Below are positions 48,326 to 60,856 of a DNA stretch of 64,000 bases, piece after piece. Both the position numbers and the translations under genes were made by a program. The first letter of the stretch is position 1. Each line of letters starts with the position of its first letter. Source of the stretch: Carcharhinus longimanus. Its lineage: Eukaryota. The notes beneath the pieces were generated by a model. It saw nothing but the letters and a program-made list of their open reading frames with translations, was not told the DNA's origin and made no database searches. The stretch is taken from positions 19,526,192-19,590,191 of the forward strand of contig JASCQW010000133.1 of assembly GCA_030264375.1 (NCBI GenBank), given 5' to 3'.

Positions 48326-48595
48326 GTGGGTGTCTGCTAAGTTTTATCGGAACTATATGCAAAAAGGCTATATTAGCAATTTATTAAACACTGCCGATCT
48401 GGGAAGTTCAAGTTTGAAAATATTAGCGGTATTGCGAAGCACGTACATTTCTAAAAGCTGTGTATAATTGAACTTTAAAACAAGTATGTTTTCCTTGTGA
48501 AATAAGAACAATCTTCAGGATGAACACATTTGGAAATGATTTGATTGATTAAAATATTTGCGTGCCATCAACAATGGCACTCGAGACTCAAATGG

Positions 48596-48670
48596 AGTAT
48601 TTTCACAGTAACTTCATTGCAATGTTAACGTAAGCCTACTTGTGGCACTAATAAATAAGCTTTTAAACTT
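48596..48670 (+). mobile_element. Isolated 3' tail of the SINE/LINE type seen at 32020-32086
   Basis: ttttcacagtaacttcattgcaatgttaacgtaagcctacttgtggcactaataaataagctttt. Confidence 0.75.
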
Positions 48671-49095
48671 TAAATGTTCATGTTTTGCTCTGAAAATACT
48701 ACAGTTAAATTGAAAATAAAAATTATTGTAACGCATACTTTCTTTGCATTTGTTTTCTGTTTGATATGTTTTTAAAGAAAAGATTGAAATTCCAAATGGT
48801 AATTTCACATTGTGTGGCTTTTTTAAAAAAAAAGGCTAGTTCAGGCTTGCAGAAATATGTTGAAAATATTTAGCATATTCTCCTTTATTCGAGTTATAAA
48901 CACATTACCAGATCAGCTAGATGAGTAATTTGTTTGAGGCCGTGTTATTACAACAAACAACAAAAGTAACTTATCTATAATATTTGTTCATGCTCCAGAA
49001 TCAAAGCAATGGTAAATTTTTAAATCTTAATGAATATCCACCAGTAATACTGCTACTTGCACAAGTTTTAATGCAAACAGCTACATATTTTACAG

Positions 49096-49281
49096 GGTTT
49101 TCAAGTACTTGTGGAAACAGAGTGGCTAGATTTTGGTCATAAATTTGCTGATCGCTGTGGCCATGGTGAAAACTCCGATGACCTTAATGAACGCTGTCCT
49201 GTGTTTCTTCAATGGCTGGATTGTGTCCATCAGCTACAGAGGCAGTTCCCTTGTTCGTTTGAGTTTAATGAAGCATTCCTT
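49096..49281 (+). CDS. MTMR3: MTMR3 exon GFQVLVETEWLDFGHKFADRC...FEFNEAFL
   Basis: ttttacag|GGT ... CTT|gtaagt, 186 nt, phase 0/0. Confidence 0.97.
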
Positions 49282-49414
49282 GTAAGTTTTTTTTTCAGTA
49301 CTCCTTTTCTTCTGGAATAGGTGACTAAAATTGAACATAAATGGTTTTTGGGAGTAGTTGATTAAAATTGAACATAAATTACTTTATTAATTTATTCCTT
49401 TTTGCTTATTCTAG

Positions 49415-49585
49415 GCTAAATTGGTGCAGCACACATATTCTTGCCTTTTTGGAACATTCCTGTGCAACAGCGCAAAGGAGCGTGAAGAGAAACATACTCA
49501 GGAAAGAACCTGCTCTGTTTGGTCCCTATTGAGGCCTGCTAACAAAGCCTTTAAAAATCTCCTGTACACCTCACAATCTGAAACT
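49415..49585 (+). CDS. MTMR3: MTMR3 exon AKLVQHTYSCLFGTFLCNSAKER...LYTSQSET
   Basis: ttattctag|GCT ... ACT|gtacgt, 171 nt, phase 0/0. Confidence 0.96.
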
Positions 49586-50289
49586 GTACGTTTGCTTACG
49601 TTCATTTCTGTAAGATGATTATGGTACATAATTTGTTTTCTTTAATTCAATACAAAATTATCTCTCATTACATCAAAATATTATTCAGCATTTTACTCAG
49701 TAAAAGACATGCATATGTAGAAAGCCAGTTAGGTGGTAAGGTTTGCATGCTTTTGCTTTGTTATTACATAAACATCTAAATGAATAACTTGTCATTTTCA
49801 GTTTCTGCAACTGACCTGTGTCTTTTAGAATACTTTTGGGAATTTTCATCAATCATTATTATTTTTCAAGCACTTTGTCAGTGAAGTGGAGGCTACTAAT
49901 TAATTTCCTTCATAAATGTATTTATTGAAGGACCATTTAGAAATAATAGGAATAGAAATTGGGTAAATGAAGAAATCCAGTTGTAAGAACACAAGCAGCA
50001 GAAAGTTGAGTTTCTGGTAGGGAGAAATGAGAAGATTGAGTCAAGTATCAGTACATTCGCTTTTAATGAAGTAAGTCAGATAATGCTAGATCGAAAATTC
50101 TATCTTCAGGTGAGCCTTCTGATTTGTAGAATCTGTGAGGTTGCATTTCTGGATACTCAAGTATATTGTATAGAATCTTTGACAGTAATAATTTAACATT
50201 GTTCAATACTTAGAAATAACGTGTGAGAAACTGAATCATTTCTTGTACTCTGATAACAATAACACTTAACGAAAGATTACAATTTTCAT

Positions 50290-50432
50290 TTAGAGTGTTG
50301 ACCTTTCATGTTCTCGACCTGAAGTGTTAACTCTGTTTCTCTCCTCCACAGATGTTGCCTGATCTGCAGAGTATTCATAATCTTTCTGTTTTTATTTTAG
50401 ATTTTCAGCATTTGTAGTATTTTGTTTTTGTC
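50290..50432 (+). mobile_element. Penelope-associated terminal repeat remnant
   Basis: gacctgaagtgttaactctgtttctctcctccacagatgttgcctgatctgcagagtatt...cagcatttgtagtattttgttttt, a recalled PLE-end motif. Confidence 0.5.
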
Positions 50433-50643
50433 ATTCCTGGGATCAAGATTGATCACATTTCGTTTAAGATCTTGACTGTATATGTTTTGCTTATTTGTTT
50501 TTTTGTTAATACTTCGTGCTCAATCTTTCTTGATAGAAAACAATACAATATAAATTAGATTCTGTTTAATGCATACAAGCATCTTAAAAGGTTCGAAGGT
50601 CAACATTTATATCCTAATAAAAATGCTTCAACCTCTAAACCAG

Positions 50644-50789
50644 GTACTACATCCAGTGTGCCATGTAAGGAATTTGATGCTTTGGAGTGCAGTGTACATC
50701 CCCAATTCATCTCCCTCAACTCCTGCTGATGACCATTGTGCACCTTATCCAGTTCCAAGGTCCATCCCTGAAGATCAGCCATTGGGAAG
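50644..50789 (+). CDS. MTMR3: MTMR3 exon VLHPVCHVRNLMLWSAVYIPNSSPSTPADDHCAPYPVPRSIPEDQPLG(R)
   Basis: aaccag|GTA ... AG|gtaaaa, 146 nt, phase 0/2. Confidence 0.95.
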
Positions 50790-50974
50790 GTAAAATTCAA
50801 GCTGAGAATCTGCTCATGTGAAGTAAGATCATTACAACTTGTGTTGTTAACAAGCAGGGATGTCTAATATTGTGAGATTAAGCAATCAGTTGGCAAAAAT
50901 TCAGTCATTAATCTGCTGATCCGTGTATATGGCCTTACCTTAAATATATTAAATGCAACAATTAATTTGTCTCT

Positions 50975-52400
50975 CTCATAACATGGGAATTCAGAGCAGG
51001 AGAAGATGATACTGAGCCTCCTCCGTCTCTGCATATCATGGCTGACCTTTAGTTCCACTTTCTCCCTTGATTACCTGAGAAATCAAAAATCTGTCAATCT
51101 CAGCCTTGAATATATTCAGTGATGGCACAGCTTCAGGCCTCAGGAGTGGAGAATTCCAAAGGTTCACAAGTCTTTGAGTAAAGAAATTTCTCTTCATCCA
51201 GGTTCTTAATGATCAGTATCCTGAAATTCTGTCCTCTTTTCTAGATTGCCTAGCCAGTGGAAACAATATTTCAGTCTCTGTCAAGTCCCTTTATAATCTT
51301 GAATGTTTCAATTAGATCACCACTCATTCTTCTAAATGTCAGAGAAAGGGAAACCTTTTGAAGTAAATTGGAGTGAAAGTTCCAGATTTGCATTGTCCAT
51401 TTGGGAAAAGCAGCTTTCACAGTGATTTCTTGTTCACAAAACTCTTCCAAGTTATTTGGCAATCTAATTTTTCTTCCAAAGCTGACTTAATATTTTAAAT
51501 TTGGAAATACAGACATACGTTAATGTATATTTTGACATTTAGTGGTGCTATGTACTGCANNNNNNNNNNCTGCAACATTTTAATTTATCCTTAAAATATA
51601 GAAACTGGAGTAGGTAATGCAATCTCTCAAGCTTGTTCTGCCAGTCAATTCAATCATTGCTAATCTGTATCTTATCTTATTCTTGTTGGTTCCATAAGCT
51701 TGAGTAGCTTTCCATGAGAGAGAAAATGAATTTCAATTTGTGGTGGAAGTTCCAGATTTGCAGTATTCTTTTTGTGAAGAGCAGCTTTCTGACATTGCTC
51801 CTAAATGCCCTAACTCTGGTATTATGCTCCCTTGTTCTATCTCCTTCCACCAAAGGAAATAATTCTATCTATCCTATCAAATCCTTTAATTATCTTGAGC
51901 ATCTCAATTAGATTACCCCTTAATTGTTCAATTTCAAGGAAGTACAAATCCTTTAATTTTGAGCTTTAACACTTAGAATAATTCTGGTTTATCTGTATTG
52001 CACCCCTAAAAGATCAGTGTATCCTTCCTGAGGTAGTGTCCAGAATTGAATGTAGTACTCCAAATGAGATCTAAATGGAGTGCTCTAAAAACTGCAATGT
52101 AACTTCAATCTTTTTGTATTTTAATCCTTTTGAAATAAGTCATTATTTCATTAACTTTAATTTTTGTACCTGTTCACTAGCTCTTGGTCATCCAAATTTT
52201 CTAATTCTTCACAAGTTTCTAGCTTATTGCCATTGTGAAGATACTGTGATCCATCTTTTAGGTAAAAAGTGCATGACCTCATACTTTGCTATTTTGAACT
52301 CCATCAGACACTTTTTTTTAAACCCGTCTTCATCTATCATGTGTCCCATTGCAACTTTCTGCTGTATCTCTATTGACAGTGTCACCTAAATTGAATTTTA
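50975..52400 (-). mobile_element. Two adjacent decayed CR1 3' fragments
   Basis: Minus-strand FRRMSGDLIETFKIIKGLDR. A second copy starts at about 51595 with tail tagaaactggagtagg. Confidence 0.65.
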
Positions 52401-52923
52401 ATTGGCAAGAAATTTAAATAAATAATGGCAATTTACCAAATAATTTATGATTCACTTAAATAAACCATTTAATGTTGACTGTTGCCTTCAGTTAAATGTT
52501 TGTTACAGTTGACTGCCTGCATCTGGATGCTAAATTAGACCAAATACATTGGGCCAGAATGGTCAATCTCCAGGGGTTGTACCCAGGTGGTACCCTAAAA
52601 GATGCTCTGGGAAATGCCAATCCCCAACCCCCCTTCCCAGTAACTTTGCATGCAAGGAAGGCATGGCATTTGCCGTAGGAGCCTGCCTATGTTGCAGTAA
52701 AAATTGATGGTTTTTCTGATGGATCCAACTCTCTTCTCAAACTATTGCGCTGTTGCCCTGCACTTTTCTCACCTGAGTCGGAAGATCAGACAAGAACTGT
52801 GCAGCTCCCGACTAAGGTAAGTAAAAAGGAGCAGAGTGTCAATTTGACTGATCGAACTTCCAAGGAATGGCAGACCCTAAGAATTTGTGTGAACATTAAG
52901 CCTTAACCTTAAAACAAAACAAT

Positions 52924-53814
52924 GGTGGTGATTCTTCCAAAAAAATTTTAAATGTTGAATTAATGTAAAAACTGGAGTAAGTAATGCTGGGTTTTTTTCA
53001 GCAGGAGTTTCAAAATGGACCTCCCACATTCTATGCACTGCTGAGTGCACTAGCGTGAATCACTCCAGAAATCAGTGGGCAGGGCCTATTCCCACTGGAG
53101 AGGCTGGTAGCATAGTGCTGTGTGGGCCACTGCACTTGTGCTGATCTGTCAGCACTAAGATCAGCGGGTGGCTGTAGTGTTTTATGATGCGCAGTGGCCC
53201 CACACTTGGGGCCTCCCGATCACTGGCCAGCACAGCAACCCCCACATCACTGCCCCGCCCCCCCCAACCCCCGAACATGCTCAAGCCAACCTTGAACCCC
53301 AGTCCATCTCAATATCTCCTCCCCGCAGCCCAAATCTCCCAATCCCGCTACCGACTTTCCCAGCAGGCTAAATCCCAGCTCCAATCGCTGGCCTCCCCCT
53401 GTCACACAAAAATTTAGTGTGGCAGCGGGACTCCCTGTCTGCTTGGCATACGTCTATGCCTGATGGGCAGTGCCAAGGTACCCCTGGGCATGTGCAGTGC
53501 CAGGGGCCCAGGCTGGCATTCCAAGGTGGCAGTGCACAAAGGGCACTCCCCCTTCCTGGCATCTGACCCTCTTTGGGGAGGGAGGGTGTTGCTAGCAGGC
53601 CTGGAGGCTTCAATCCCAGGCCCACTAATATTTAAATAGTATTTAAAATTGATTTAAATCACTTACGCAACTCTGCACCAATTTCTGGCATGGAGCTGGC
53701 GATGCCAAAAATCTGTCTGCCAGAGACACAAGGAGCGTATGAAATGGCCTCCACTCTAGTCTCCTGGCCCACTGCGCTTCTAAAGCAGCACAGCGGGTTG
53801 GGAGAATCGTCCCC
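52924..53814. mobile_element. Non-autonomous TIR DNA element (MITE-like, possibly PIF/Harbinger), about 890 bp
   Basis: Left end ggtggtgattcttccaa versus the reverse complement of the right end ggggacgattctcccaa matches 13/17. The interior is GC-rich in an AT-rich intron, and a related fragment lies at 1-130. Confidence 0.7.
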
Positions 53815-54419
53815 AGTGTGTTTGGGAAAGATGGTGAGTGCAGAAATCTGCTTTGTTGCATCCGAAAGAAACCAATGAGTCGACATTTTCTTTGAAAGAG
53901 ATTGTTGTTTAAAATTCAGCAAAGGTAATGAATGGTTGTTTCCTCCTGTTTAAATGTAGATTTTAAATTTAATGAATTTGAAAACTGCAAAGATTCTGCT
54001 GTGGATCACAGCATGAAACCAGCTCTAGTTTCATGCTGATGCATTTCTTAAATGTTTCTTTAGTGAATGTTTCTTTGACGAGATGTGCTCTTCAAAGGGC
54101 ACATGGCTATTTGGGTGCATTGTGGGGTAATTGTGCCAACATTTTACAAGTATGAAAATATGGTCCATTTTGCTGTTCCATGTGTGAAAGAAATATGGTC
54201 AGTTTTATCAAATGAACAACATAAAACCCTAACTCAGCAACCTAGATGCATCAAATAGCCTGCCTAATCTTGTTACTGATGAATATAATGTTGGGCTTAT
54301 AGAGAGGAAAGAACTAATTTTGAGTTTTTTCTATAATTATTTGAATAACATTTAGCAACTCAACAAAACAAAAATGTTTAGGTTTTTTTTGTAAGGACCA
54401 ATTGACCATAGACATCTCT

Positions 54420-54585
54420 CTGCTAGAAAGAGACAAATGATGTATAACCTGAGGGGCACCACTCCACATTGAGCATAGGCAAGGCAAGGAGACTGGCCTC
54501 CATGAGCTTTGTTAGCCAGTATGGGAATTGAACCTGTGCCGCTGGTATAAATCTGCACTGCTGTTTTAGTCAACTGAGCTTACCA
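54420..54585 (-). mobile_element. Old tRNA-headed SINE fragment
   Basis: gggaattgaacctgtgccgctgg (B-box, reverse complement) ... tagtcaactgagct (A-box, reverse complement). Confidence 0.5.
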
Positions 54586-54942
54586 TCCCTTTTTACTAAT
54601 CACTATTTGACTATTAATAGCACATCCATTTTCCAGTCAGTTGTGTAGGTGAAAAGAAACTAGGATAAATTACTAATATATTAANNNNNNNNNNNNNNNN
54701 NNNNNNNNNNNNNNNNNNNNNNNNNNNNNNNNNNNNNNNNNNNNNNNNNNNNNNNNNNNNNNNNNNNNNNNNNNNNNNNNNNNNNNNNNNNNNNNNNNNN
54801 NNNNNNNNNNNNNNNNNNNNNNNNNNNNNNNNNNNNNNNNNNNNNNNNNNNNNNNNNNNNNNNNNNNNNNNNNNNNNNNNNNNNNNNNNNNNNNNNNNNN
54901 NNNNNNNNNNNNNNNNNNNNNNNNNNNNNNNNNNNNNNNNNN

Positions 54943-56199
54943 AATCCCTTAGGAGCTGAACTTTCTGTGGCTGCTGGTGTTGGGGAAGGTCAAATTGAAA
55001 ATATTTTGCAAGAAGCTTCTAAAGAAGATAGCGGGTTAGAGGAACAATCAAAGGATGCAACTGTAACAGAATTAAAACAAGTCGCAAATGTTTTAAGTAG
55101 TGAAAATGAGCTTGACAGTGCCCTGAATAATCAATTGGTGACATTTGTCACAGACTCTTCAGAAATGTTGGCTCTTAATGAAATAAAAAGTACTGAGCCT
55201 ATTTCTAGGCTTATTTCAAGCTCAGAAGAAGAGACCCAGGATGGGTTCTTAAACTCTATTAATCAGAATCAAATGTTATCTGATATAGATGTTGAGTTCA
55301 ATAAGGTTGCAACTGATAACCCATCAAATTATACAAAACCATGTACTGCAGCAGAGGATGTTATTGACTCATATATTGAAACAGAAAATCAATATACTGC
55401 AACACAACCTTGCTTACCATATTTAACCACTCCAGACAAGCTGGAGGAGAAGATTTCTACTTTGGAAAGTTCTACCGAAACTTTAACAGAAGATGGAGCA
55501 AAGCAGGAAGTGCCACAAAACTACTCTAATAAACTTATTTTGAATACCAGGGCCAATGGTACCATGGTACCTGCTGTAGACTCTGAAAATAGTTTTTCTC
55601 AGTTTATACCTGAAAACCAGGATATGGTAGTGAAACCAAGATCTGCAACTGATCCACATAGGACTTCAGATAAAAGCATTCAGAGTACACAACCTCCTCC
55701 TTGTGCCTTGTCTTTAAGTGAATGTAAAGATGGATTTGTTCCTAACGGAGAAGTCAATAGTGAAAATACAGTAATGGATAAAGCAGCAGACTTTGGAAGT
55801 GGTACTCAAAGAAATATCACAGCTAATGGACTCTGTATAAATGGAGAGGAGTTGAGGGGGAAAATGGTGTTAAGTAGACAGGTTTCAGCAGCTAGTTGCA
55901 GCTCTTTGCAATTTCCATCTGGCCATTTTAGAAACCCTCAATCCAAGTGGCCACATTACTACTCTGGAAAACAACAGCCAGTAGCAAGCCCAGATCAGCC
56001 GACACGAAGCCATTTGGATGATGATGGGCTGGCCACGTACAATGATGTTATTCAACAGCGACTTCGTCAGATAGAGGCAGGTCATCAACAAGAGGTAGAA
56101 ACTTTGAAAAAACAGGTACAAGAACTGTGGAGCAGGCTGGAGTGCCAGCATTTTAGCAATTCATCTCTGCGTTTTAATGGAGATTTTAGTGATGAAGTG
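54943..56199 (+). CDS. MTMR3: MTMR3 long exon (5' end lost in gap 54685-54942): disordered linker plus coiled coil
   Basis: Open frame from the gap edge: NPLGAELSVAAGVGEGQIENILQEA ... SHLDDDG ... QQRLRQIEAGHQQEVETLKKQVQEL ... FNGDFSDEV|gtaagt. Confidence 0.95.
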
Positions 56200-56639
56200 G
56201 TAAGTATAGGAAATTTCTCTTTTCCTACATTCTAAATGCTGACTGTACAGTTTTCTTGTGTACAACTCGTAGTTGTGATTAAACTATCAGATCTTTGGTT
56301 TTCAATTTAATCTGATAGTTTGGGTTTGATGTTAATGGTTTGTGAATAACTATTCTACCTCGGGTGTTTGTTCTCAATGTGACACTGAATAGCATTGTTT
56401 ATACACTGGCTTGTGCTTTTGGTTAACCGTATCAATGTCTGGATTCTAATAGTCTATTGAGAGTCTTCATGCTTTCGTTTGCTCTTGATGAGTGACTTGT
56501 TGTTACAACAAAGGATATCATACAAATTCTTTCTATATTCATTTGATTTCATTCTTATATATTTGTTTGTAGCCAGATTATCTTCATTAATTGATTTTTG
56601 TCTCAACCAACTTTGCACATTTCCTCCAAAGTACCTCAA

Positions 56640-57545
56640 GGGTTATTCTTGGTGATCCTGACCATTTCCATCCAAGTGCTTCCCTTGGCAGCATTGTCCA
56701 TAGATATGGGTGAGCTTCTACATGTATGCAGTTGATACACAACTCAATTGTTTAACATCTTCACTTCCTCTATCTTATTTCATACTTGTCAACATCAGTC
56801 TTTGAGCCACAATTTTCTCCAGTTAAACACGAAGACCAGAACCACAATTTTTTGTTCCTGCCGTAAATGCCATATTCTTATCAACAAATCCATCCCTCGT
56901 CCTAGCCACTGTGACTGTTGCAACATTTGTAATGCATGGCCGCCCCTACTTCAGCATATCTACTGCAGAAACCTTCAAACGTGTCTTTTGTTATCTCATT
57001 GCTCCTCTGGGCTGCTTTCCATCCTGCACTCTAAATTTGAACTCTTACTTGTTCTGAACTCTGCTACCTGTATCCCATCCTGCACCATGTCCTGCCATAT
57101 TTCAACTATCTCTTTGCAAATCCAGTAAGGCATCTGGTTCCAAACACCTCCAGATTTAAAATTATTTTTGGCACTTTTAGATTCCTTCATGACTTCGCTT
57201 CTTCCTATCTCTAACCTCCTTCAACCTTACAAACCCCAAACTTCTAATTCCACCATCTGGCCTCTTTTTATTTACCCTTTTCTCTTTCACCTACTATGGG
57301 TGGCAATGTATTCTGCCTAAAATCTTTAATGTAAAAAAATTTTATTTTCTTCCACCTGCTTTCCATCATCCACAATATTTTGTTTTCATAATCTTCTACT
57401 AACTCCAAAACCTTTGCACCTCTCTCTCCAACTCTTCCTTTTAGTCACTTGTTAAATATGTTTGAACAAGCTTTTGGTTACCAATCCTAATGTCTCCTTG
57501 TCTTATGTTCATTTTCTGATCACACTTCTGAAGTGTCTTGGGGCA
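56640..57545 (+). mobile_element. Decayed L2-clade LINE
   Basis: SLSHNFLQLNTKT, similar to the L2 remnant near 6690; ends in gaagtgtcttgggg. Confidence 0.6.
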
Positions 57546-59479
57546 ATTTTCCATCTCATATATGTCCGAGTTGTGATACAATAGTGACATGAGAATGAGT
57601 GATAATTTAAACAGAGCAACAGAAAGACGATCAAATAATGTATATACTATAATTAAAATAGTGATGTAAAATTTCGTATAGCTTGCAATTTAAATAACAA
57701 CACAATCCCTACCATTGTGAACATCACAATTTTGAAACCAAGACTTAAAATAAATGGGCTTTCCCAGTATGTAACACCACAAAACTGTTGGGAAATACTG
57801 CACAATAAATATTCCAATATGATTAAAACTATAAAAATATTTTTGCTTTTTATTTTTATAATGCTCAAAGTTTAACATTGATTATTTATTAGATGTTGGT
57901 ATAAATGGCTACGGATCTTATCATTTTAATGTGCTAATTAGGAAATTGATCCAGTAATTTAGTTTGGCAGAGATGGTTGTTCTGAGTTTAATTTTCCAAA
58001 CAATGACAAACTGACTTGAAATTGGTCGTCATTTCCACTATTACACAAAGCGTGGTGGAATGTGGAGTGATAGAACCTGTCACCCCCAAATGTAATTATT
58101 TAATTTCACCATTTAAATTGGCTAAGCAGTGTGCTTGTTTTCTTGCTCCTACTTGTTTTCAAGTGTAGATCATCACATGAGAATAAATGAAAAATACAGA
58201 TTTACAAAATATAAATCAAATGATGTACATGCATGTCTCTGCGGTTTTTATTGTATTTTGTGCTGACATTTTGATTGAAATGAGTGCATAATTATTACAA
58301 TTATTTTGTTGACGTGGGTAATAAAAACAATTAACAAATTTTAACTAATGTTCACCTAAAATTTTACAGTTGCAATAGCACTCTCTTCAAATTATTTTGT
58401 ACAACTCTTTGGAATCTACTTCTGTGTATTTAATAGTTTGTATATATTTATTGGAAGATCGTACTGAATAAAATAGCTTCTTTACATTTGGTATAAAATT
58501 AGTATTTAAGTTTCTGAATGGAGGGTTATGGTTTGATCACATAGTTAACAGTTTTGAAAGATCTACAGAATTTACTGGAATGCATTTGAATAGTATATGC
58601 ATTACATAACCAACAACTCTCTAAGTAAGAGCTACTGTTGTGCATTGTTATGGAAGGCTGATGAGAGAATTTGCTTCAGTGTTTCTTATCAAATGATTTA
58701 AATGCCTGATGTTTTTCTCAAAGACTTCAAATGATTGAGATTACCAATCTAATGACATGTATAGGCAAACTTTTGAAATACTTGGCATAATTAGGAAACA
58801 AATTGGCTCTGATCAAGAAATGTTGGGTCATCAGTCCCATCTCCAGAATTGATGATAGGAGATCCAAAAACAGACAAATTCAGCATTTTGGAAGTGATGG
58901 TGAATGACAAAATGGAAAATTAGCATAAGGAGACAAAGTGAGGACAAATGCAGTGATAGCAAAGAAAGAATCGGTTAGGGGAATGTAAATAGGTGAGGGA
59001 GAGTTTAAACTTTTTTGTATTTTTACTTTTAGGACCATAATCAGGTTTATTTAAGCATCAGTCAAATGAACGCCAATACTAACAGCACAAAAACACTGAA
59101 AACCCGCATCCATGGCTTTGTTGCATCCAGACTTGTCTATTCTAATGCTCACCAGCAGGTCTCCCACCTTTACTCTAAATTTCATTTTGTGTGAATTCTG
59201 ATGCTTGTACACTACTTGCATCAAGTTCCATTCATACATCTAGCCTGTATTGGCTCTCAGTCCAACAATGCACTGAATTTTAAATTCTCCTGCTGTTCAA
59301 ATCTCTCAGGGCCTCACCACTCCCCATCTCTGTAACCTTCCTGTGTATCTGCAGTATCCATTGCTCCACCATTAATGGCCATGCCTTCAGCAGTTTAGGA
59401 TCTAAGCTTTCAAATTTCTTCCTTAAACAACATCTCTCACTCTTCTCCCTTAAAATTTACCTTTTACCAAGCTTTATAT

Positions 59480-60500
59480 GCATAGAAACATGCAGCAGGA
59501 ATAGGCCATTCGGCCTTTTAAGCCATTTATTATGATCATGACTAATCATCAAATTCAATACCTTGAGTCAGCCATCCCCCTATATCTCTTGATCCATTTT
59601 AGCCCCAAGAGCTACATCTAATTCCTCCTTGAAATTGCACAACGTTTGACCACAACTACTTTCTGTGGTAGTGAGTTTCATGGATTTACCACTCCGGGCA
59701 AACAAATTTCTCCTCCTCTCAGTCCCAAAATATTTACACTTGCCCTCAAACTCTGACCTGTAGTTTTGGACTCCCCACCATTGGGAGCATTCCTTATGAA
59801 TCTACCCTGTCTAATCCTATTAGAATTTTTTATATGTTTCTATATGATTTCTCCTCCCCTCACTCTTCTAAATGAATATAATCCTAACCCATTTAGTCTG
59901 TCCTCCAATGACAGTCCTGCCATCTCAGGGATTAGTCCGGTAAACCTTCACTGCACACTCATGTAGCAAGAACATCTTTCCTCAGATAAGGACACAATAT
60001 TCCAGGTGTGACCTCACCGATACCTATACAATTGCAGTAAAAATTCCTGTTCCTATACTCAAATCCCTGTGCTATGAAGGCCAACATACCATTTGCCTCC
60101 TTTACTGTGTGCTGTACCTGCACGCTTACTTCCAGTGAATAATGGACGAGGACACCAGGGTCTCAATGAGTACCCACCTTCCTCAATTTAAACCATTCAA
60201 GTAATCTGCTTTCCTTTTTTTCTTGTACCAATTTGGGTAACCTCACATTTATCCACATTTTACTGCCATGCATATACCCACTCAGCCTGTCCAAATAACT
60301 CTAAAGCATCTCTGCATCCTCCTTGCAGCTCACCCTCCCACCCAACTTTGTATCATCTGTAAATTTGGAGATCATACATTGAGTTGCCCTGTCCAAATCG
60401 TTAATATATAATGTGGACAGTTGAGGTCCTAGCACAGATCCCTGCGGTACCCCACCAATCACTTATTGCCAATTGGGAAAAGACTTATTTATTCCAATTC
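59480..60500 (-). mobile_element. CR1-clade LINE 3' portion, same family as 45200-47030
   Basis: Tail catagaaacatgcagcaggaataggccattcggcc; ccaactttgtatcatctgtaaattt (reverse complement of KFTDDTK); long similarity to 45200-46070. Confidence 0.88.
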
Positions 60501-60593
60501 CTTTTTTATTATCTGTGTGGCTTGGTGCCAACTTTTATCTGATAGCAGTTCTGGGAAATTATTTTGGCTGCTATACTCTATTAAAGTGCTATT

Positions 60594-60856
60594 TGGGCTG
60601 GCTCAGTGGCGCAGCTTCAGAGACCAGGGTTTGATTTTGGCCTTGGGTACTGGGTCTGTGTGGAATTTGCACGTTCTCCCCATGTCTACGTGTTTTCTCC
60701 CACAATCCAAAGATGTGCAAAATAGGGTAGATTGGCCATGCTGAATTGCCCTTAGTGTCAGGGAGGTTAGCAGGGTAAATACATGGGGTTGCAAGGATAG
60801 GACCTGGGTGGGAGTGTTGTTGAGCCGAATGGCCTCCTGTACTAATGATTCTGATT
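60594..60856 (+). mobile_element. Degenerate HE1-like V-SINE
   Basis: gtctgtgtggaatttgcacgttctccccatgtct...tccaaagatgtgc...attggccatgctgaattgccctt...ccgaatggcctcc. Confidence 0.75.

Noticed and set aside
52760-52822. Cassette exon ending AAG|gtaagt
   Set aside because: No convincing acceptor and no MTMR3-like peptide. It lies in repeat-like sequence next to a MITE.
54967-56235. 422-aa ORF as a stand-alone gene
   Set aside because: It starts at a GTG next to a gap, the frame is open upstream, and it has a donor at 56200. It is an internal MTMR3 exon.
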